In this document: positions 59,101 to 64,000 of the stretch, in pieces | Position numbering within the stretch: the stretch's first letter is position 1 | Layout of the letters: the number at the start of each line of letters is the position of its first letter | From: Malacoraja senta | Taxonomy: Eukaryota | NCBI GenBank assembly: GCA_038087875.1 | Contig: CM075992.1 | Span: 3,350,001-3,414,000 of the forward strand | Length of the DNA: 64,000 nucleotides | Reading direction: 5' to 3' | Program-made: the position numbers and the translations under genes | Notes under the pieces: model-generated | Seen by the model: only the letters and a program-made list of their open reading frames with translations | Told to the model about the DNA's origin: nothing | The model's database searches: none

Positions 59101-62100
59101 GCCATTGACTTGGTTGTTGGCAGTCCTTTCGAGATCTCCCCAGTTGAGCCCACTCTCAGACATTTCTATCTGGACACTTTAATAGCACATAACAATGTTA
59201 TTTCACTTATTTATGAACAACTAATGATGAACAGTTACCGGTATACCAGAACCAAACACAGTCAGTCAATGAGAAAAAAATATGTACAAATCCAGAATCA
59301 ACAAATTTACCCCTAGGGGTAAATTTAACCCCAGGTTGGGAACCCTTGGTCTAGTTAATTGTGATGTGTACCGAGGTCAATGGATGTTTTTGGGTTGTCA
59401 AGGGTTATGGGGAGAAGGCAGGCGAATGGGATTAGGAGGTAGAGATCAGCCATGAATTCTTTGCCACAGACGGCTGTGGAGGCCAAGTCAATGGATATTT
59501 TTAAGGCAGAGATAGATAGATTCTTGATGAGCACGGGTGTCAGGGGTTATGGTGAGAAGGCAGGAGAATGGGTTAGGAGGGAGAGATAGATCAGCCACGA
59601 TTGAATGGCGGAGTAGGCTTGATGGGCCGAATGGCCTCATTCTACTCCTATTCCTTTTGACCTTATGAGACAGCAAACATTTAGCACAGAGATGGCTAGT
59701 CGACAGTTCATGGCCAGAGTGGCAGATGCAATAGTATTGTTGGACAGGGAGTCTGGATATATATCTGAAAGAAGGGCAGGAGAGTGGAATCATCTGGATC
59801 AGTCTTATAGTGTGTAGGGACCAGCAGGTTTAAATGCGCCGAATGTCTGGCTCTGTGCTGTGACCATTTGATGATGTAACTGAATGGGCACGACTGATGA
59901 TGACCATCCTCTAGTGTACCGTGGACAGCGAAAAATTGTAAAATGGGGCATGTTGAGAACTATCTGGAGGTCACTACATTTATATTGACCATAGAAACAT
60001 AGAAACATAGAAAATAGGTGCAGGAGGAGGCCATTCGGCCCTTCGAGCCTGCACCGCCATTCATTATGATCATGGCTGATCGTCCCCAATCAATAACCCG
60101 TGCCTGCCTTCTCCCCATATCCCTTGACTCCACTAGCCCCTAGAGCTCTATCTAACTCTCTCTTAAATCCATCCAGTGACTTGGCCTCCACTGCCCCCTG
60201 TGGCAGGGATATTCCACAAATTCACAACTCTGGGTGAAAACGTTTTTTACTCACCTCAGTCTTAAATGGCCTCCCCTTTATTCGAAGACCATATTTGGAT
60301 AACTTACCGATTTCCGCCAGTTCTCTCATTTTGATCATAATCTGGTGCATTATGTCGTCGAGCTTCCTTGACATGTCCGCCAACACTACGCACCACAAGG
60401 CAAAGAGATGAGGAATAAATTGTTATCCCAGAGAGACACCCTTATATTACTATGCTTCTAATTATTCTAATTACACTAACAGTTAACAAAATAAAATCTG
60501 GAAAGCATGAGAGGAATGGATGGATGGATGGATGGATGGATGGATGGATGGATGGATGGATGGATGGATGGACGGACGGACGGATGGACGGACGGACGGA
60601 CGGACGGGTGGGTGGGTGGATGGATGGATGGATGGATGGATGGATGGATGGATGGATGGATGGAAGGAACCATGTGACCATTTAACCGAGACACGAGAAG
60701 TTCTCTAATGTTTAAGCGATATGCTGGAGTTTGACGAAGATTAAAGTGTATGAGTCGGAGTATAAGGGTTGGATGAACCTTATTGTTTTTCTTCAACAAT
60801 AAAGAAACTATTAGTCAAAGGACTGCGTTATGAAGATTTATCTGTGAAGAAGCCACAAGAGTCTCACAGAGAGCTCACATGCGTATTATGACATTCTCCT
60901 TAAACATGTAGTTCAACTTAGTGGCTAGAGGGAATAATCTCTTGAACGATATAAAAATCTGCCGCTACAAGGGATGATTCGCTAGAATTTGGAAGATTGA
61001 GGGGGGATCTTATAGAAACTTACAAAGTTCTTAAGGGGTTGGACAGGATAGATGCAGGAAGATTGTTCCCGATGTTGGGGAAGTCCAGAACAAGGGGTCA
61101 CAGTTTAAGGATAAAGGGGAAATCTTTTAGGACCGAGATGAGATTTTTCACACAGAGAGTGGTGAATCTCTGGAACTCTCTGCCACAGAAGGTAGTTGAG
61201 GCCAGTTCATTTGCTATATTTAAGAGGGAGTTAGATGTGGCCCTTGTGGCTAAAGGGATCAGGGGGTATGGAGAGAAGGCAGGTACAGGATACTGAGTTG
61301 GATGATCAGCCATGATCATATTGAATGGCGGTGCAGGCTCGAAGGGCCAAATGGCCTACTCCTGCACCTATTTTCTATGTTTCTAATGTTGAGGCTCTAT
61401 AAGGCGCTGGTCAGGCCGAGGGGAGGCAGGAGGGAAGAGGGACACTAAGACCGGTAGAAATGGTTTTGAACCAGAATTGGGCACAGGAAAGAGGGGGGGG
61501 GGGGGAGGGGAAAATAACAATCTGGTCTGCAGTAGGGTGTCGGTAACATTGAGTCAGGGCATTTCTAACAGAATTGGATATTGCAAAGCAAAATAATTTC
61601 AAAGTCTGTGGGGTAAAATGGAGGGATGGAACAGATAGGATAGGTTCTCACAGGAGTTAGCATGGTCACAATGGGCTGAACAGCCACCTTGTGTGTAGGA
61701 ATAATTCTACAAATCCACGCTGCTGCTATTGACTTAAGTGCGTGGCACGGTGGCGCAGCGGTAGAGTTGCTGCTTTACATCGACAGAGACCCGGGTTCGA
61801 TCCCAATGTGCTGTCTGTACGGAGTTTGCACGTTCTCCCCGTGACCTGCGTGGGTTTTCTCAGAGATCTTCGGTTTCCTCCCACACTCCAAAGACATGCA
61901 GGTTTGTAGGTTAATTGGCTTTGGTATAAGTGTAAAATTGTCCCTAGTGTGTGTAGGATAGTGTTAGTGTGCGGGGATCACTGGTCGGCACGGACCAGGT
62001 GGGCCGAAGGGCCTGTTTCGGTGCTGTATCTCTAAACGAAACAACAAATAATTTGACTCATCAAAGAAAGCCATTCACCTCTGGCGCTCAGGCTCGTCAT

Positions 62101-63752
62101 CTCGTCCTCAATATTCTGCTTTAACACCATCATCTCCGACTTGTGGGAAACTGAAAGAGGAGAAATAAAAACAAGCACAAGGTTAGAATTGGGAAAGTAG
62201 ACTGAGGCTGGTGGCAGTGTGAGATACAGGGTTGGAAAAGGGAACTCCTTGCCTTAGTGACCCTGCCGATGGCAATGGAATGATCGGACTTTACTGGCCC
62301 TATGTTGCACTGTACGTTTTTCACATTATACCCTTTATCATGTATCTGTACACTGTGGATGGCTCGATTGTAATCATGTGTTGTCTTTCCGCCGACTGGT
62401 TAGCACGCAGCAAAAGCTTTTCACTGTACCTCGGTTTTTGTGACAATAAACTAAACTGAACTAAACTAGAGTGGAACCAAATCGCACCAAGTACCACATT
62501 TACGAAAGTTTATAGTACATGGGAGCAAATTCAGGTAAACCACCTCCACTTCGCGTCGTGGAGTCATACAGCCACCCAACTTTTTTAGTGATACAGTTTA
62601 GAGATACAGCGCGGAAACAGGCCCTTCGGCCCATCAGGTCCGCACTGACCAGCGGTCCCCGTGTGTGTAGGACGCTATCATGATATATGTATTTTTACTT
62701 CTATTTATTTTTTACTGCACACACTGAAATGGACACTGGTTGAGGAACGTTTTTTTGTTTCCTCTGGGTATGCGAATACTCAGGAAATGACAATAAAGAT
62801 ATACAATACAATACAATACAAAACAATTGACACTTATATTGCCAGGACCTGAGGGACTGAGCTATTGGGAGAGGTTGAGAGGGCCTTGGAGCACAGGATG
62901 ATGATGGAAGATAATGCAAACAAAATGTCTTGCAGAGCCAGCAAGGATTACTTGAAGTTAGAGAAATTAATATTCATATCTCTGGGTTGACTATTGTTTT
63001 TATACTTTCGGAGCCATTTATGTTTAGGCTAGCTTCTGTTTTTTTTTGTTTGTTTTTTTCAATTCAATTTATTTGTCTTTTGGACAAATTTGTCATTTGG
63101 ACCCCTTGAGGTCCAAACGAAATGTCGTTTCTGCAGCCATACAATACAAAACGAAAAAGACCCGAGACACAACACAATTTACACATACATCCATCACAAC
63201 GCTGTGATGGAAGGCCAAAAAAAACGTATCTCTCCACTGTTGGCACATTATATTATTTTGTCTGGATATGTCTTACAGTATTATTTTGGACACTTGGGGA
63301 TGGTCATTAGTTGCACAGAGTGGCGTATATATATATGGGCATAGTGGACAGGGAATGACAGACCAGGCACAGGGGTGGAAGGTATACAGTTCTCACCAGA
63401 TCGGGAGAACAGCCAGCTACAGCTTGTATGCAGAATAAGGAAAACCTGGTGCGTTAATCTCTTTGTTTGTACAACTACTTCAATACACAACCAATTAAAC
63501 TGGAAATAACGACTGGAAAATCTGGTCTATTAGGTCTGCGTAAGATCACTCCGACTCACCTGTGTAGTCATGGCAATGGAAAAGAGGAGACTGGAAAAGT
63601 CAGAAATTTGCCATTACATACACTTTGGGACTGAGTTTATGTTCTTCTATTGATGTAGTCGGTGATAGTCCACTCACCATTAGTCATGGCCTGTGAGATC
63701 TCCTCCTTGACCTGTGATGGAAATTCCTTCACACTCCTGTTCATTTGTGAAT
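47028..63752 (-). CDS. Type II C-type lectin receptor (CD209/CLEC4/CLEC17A-like), neck and CRD exons; 5' end outside the window
   Basis: CRD spread over three exons (CPSNW..F..SCYFFS, W.GL...W.WVDG, EPNN...EDCA..WND..C..WVCE) preceded by phase-1 helical neck exons. Confidence 0.9.
47560..47820 (+). mobile_element. Old Tx1-like ORF2 3' remnant
   Basis: RRQAVE....CLPLF.G...A.VSLERE matches the ORF2 C-terminus of the full-length element. Confidence 0.7.
48819..49055. mobile_element. PIF/Harbinger-like MITE (TAA TSD) inside an HE1-like SINE
   Basis: TIRs AGGGCCTGTCC / GGACCGGCCCT, palindromic body, TAA on both flanks. Confidence 0.75.
49284..49519. mobile_element. PIF/Harbinger-like palindromic MITE (TAA TSD)
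   Basis: Long TIRs GCCCCTGTCCCACTTAGGAAACCTGAAC...; TAA flanks. Confidence 0.82.
49733..49842 (-). CDS. C-type lectin CRD exon 2
   Basis: [36 protein letters not shown]; 110 nt; canonical splice sites. Confidence 0.92.
50920..51316. mobile_element. Unclassified inverted-repeat (MITE-like) element
   Basis: Terminal arms CCTATAG.GAGCAAGATAGA.CACTC in inverted orientation; internal perfect ~28-bp inverted repeat at 51004-51031 / 51063-51090. Confidence 0.6.
51968..52119 (-). CDS. C-type lectin CRD exon 1
   Basis: [50 protein letters not shown]; 152 nt. Confidence 0.94.
52353..56030 (-). CDS. Tx1 ORF2: APE endonuclease, reverse transcriptase, C-terminal zinc finger; 1225 aa, uninterrupted
   Basis: SLNING, LQETH, GGDFN, SDH (APE); [18 protein letters not shown] (RT); CHFC....HVYIEC. 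Confidence 0.95.
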   Translation of the reverse strand: MKLTIASLNINGGRGSLRRFHHLSVLRDGRYAVSFLQETHTVASDEPTWLLEWEGGVYMSHLSSKSSGVAFLLAPSFQPEILKVQEVVPGRLLYLAVRLDGVPLHFVNVYAPKIGAMQTRLTGEVTTLLNTIDRGECVFLGGDFNCALETRDRSGVQRDPGAVKTLREMVDSFELVDAWRNFHPDSNAFSYRFEGGGSRIDHLYVSKAYVSCVSAASMQPAPCSDHCLVRVDFIPARTRAGSAYWHLNSQLLEDCRFRDSFRQFWVRWRERQGRFLSLRQWWDVGKVYVRQFCQDYARGSTKGRESEIGRLERELLDSEAHLDQTGGASCEWEEYQEKKGALRDLQLRRSRGAYVRSRVQMLHDLDRASPFFFSLEKGRGARRQLVELLADDGSSVTDPESIGASVRSFYRTLFSAGTSSGEAQEVLWEGLPVVCNDVAEHLDDPLTLEELTGALHQLRRGKSPGLDGLTVEYLRAFWDVLGGDYMKVLGESLATGEMPFSWRRAVVVLLPKKGDLRLLKNWRPVSLLSTDYKVFARALANRLGPVLSQVIHPDQSYTVPGRSIQDNIHLLRDLIHLSQGAGQSVAFLSLDQEKAFDRVEHDYLLGTLQAFGFGPHFVAWVRLLYTAAECLVKVNGSLLAPIPFGRGVRQGCPMSGQLYSICVEPFLCLLRRRLTGLALPGPGMEVVLSAYADDVLLMFTDPVDLRRMRECQQVFSAASSARINWGKCSGLLMGGWQVDSLPEEMAGFAWSTTHLLYLGVYLSPAEEGWPANWQELEAKVVARLGRWSGLLGVLSYRGRAIVINQLVASLLWYRMATMVPSSYFITMLQRRLVNFFWGERNHWVSAGVLSLPLEEGGQALVCIRTQVAALRLRTLRRYVYSDYPPKWHVLATYFFRQGRCLQEGSRLPVAGMSRRARRELPGFYREVLKARNLVTFSQGPAPQGEGGVVAVTVGIEERRVHGAIPDELTPAQSELFIGPMARDPPREPAPCNMSRLSEMPSVPFRGAERRVLYRLLLHTLHFLALVFRPDTPWRYVLPPDEGSGPQWRYLYKGVLPLYIGDLGWRVLHKAVACNRYLSRFTDSSPACHFCGEEETVFHVYIECERLQPLFEYLKGLLLKFWLHFSPTLLIYGHPVKRGEGREGGGGLPVGLLLGLAKMAIRGSRQRAVDGRTAVGCLPLFRGYVRARVSLEREHAVSTGTVEAFCERWSPQEVEYIIDKNVNILI
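56027..58128 (-). CDS. Tx1 ORF1 (zinc-knuckle nucleic-acid-binding protein) with one frameshift near 56905
   Basis: [11 protein letters not shown] start, [22 protein letters not shown]; continues in ORF 56027-56899 after a G-run. Confidence 0.85.
58844..59071. mobile_element. Harbinger-like MITE
   Basis: TIRs GGGCCTGTCCCACTT / AAGTGGGACAGGGCCC. Confidence 0.7.
60308..60385 (-). CDS. C-type lectin neck exon
   Basis: [25 protein letters not shown]; 78 nt, phase 1-1, cgtag| ... |gtaagt. Confidence 0.82.
60516..60663. repeat. (GGAT)n microsatellite
   Basis: Read directly from the sequence. Confidence 0.95.
60982..61385 (+). mobile_element. CR1/HER1-like LINE 3' fragment
   Basis: [16 protein letters not shown]...LWNSLP. 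Confidence 0.88.
61744..62040 (+). mobile_element. HE1-like V-SINE, full length
   Basis: A box TGGCGCAGCGG, B box GGTTCGATCCC, V-core and CR1-type tail. Confidence 0.9.
62079..62150 (-). CDS. C-type lectin neck exon
   Basis: [23 protein letters not shown]; 72 nt, phase 1-1. Confidence 0.8.
63678..63752 (-). CDS. C-type lectin neck exon
   Basis: [24 protein letters not shown]; 75 nt, phase 1-1, |gtgagt. Confidence 0.8.
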
Positions 63753-64000
63753 CTTAAAAGGCAGCCAGAAATAGGTGCTGTTAGTTCCGGATGTCAAGAA
63801 GATTCCCGGCAAATTCTCCAAGCATAGTCTTTCCGCTGACTGCTTAGCACGCGACAAATGCTTTTCACTGTACCTCGGTGTACAAGACAATGCTTTTCAC
63901 TGTACCTCGGTGTACAAGACAATAAACATCTTTCAGCCCACTGGAAGAGTGGGCTGAAAGATGGCAGATGGAGTTTAATGCTGATAAGTGTGAGGTGCTA

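Larger units (their letters stand above)
52147..59348. mobile_element. hAT-type element (TIR CAGGGGTTCCCAACCT) with an 8-bp TSD, enclosing a Tx1 LINE and a MITE
   Basis: TSD GTCTAGTT at 52139-52146 and 59349-59356; subterminal TTTACCCC motifs at both ends. Confidence 0.85.

Overview
Vertebrate genomic DNA, by inference a cartilaginous fish (probably skate/ray), based on abundant HE1-like V-SINEs, CR1/HER1-like LINEs and Penelope remnants. Three intron-containing host genes lie head-to-tail on the minus strand. (1) The 3' part of a type II C-type lectin: three neck exons and three CRD exons with EPN/WND motifs, 47028-63752; its 5' end is outside the window. (2) A complete 6-exon deoxyribonuclease II CDS, 19052-33139, 356 aa. 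(3) Exons 1-8 of DCAF15, 5472-13347; its remaining exons are off the left edge. Larger mobile elements are a decayed DIRS1 tyrosine-recombinase retrotransposon (1-3978) and a near-intact Tx1-clade LINE nested inside a hAT element with an 8-bp TSD (52147-59348). The most unusual signal is three TSD-flanked copies of a ~140-bp SINE whose first 54 nt fold into a complete HDV/CPEB3-like self-cleaving ribozyme, each copy starting exactly at the predicted cleavage site. Penelope-derived fold-back mini-elements and minimal hammerhead motifs also recur. All coordinates and translations were read by eye; no database searches were run.
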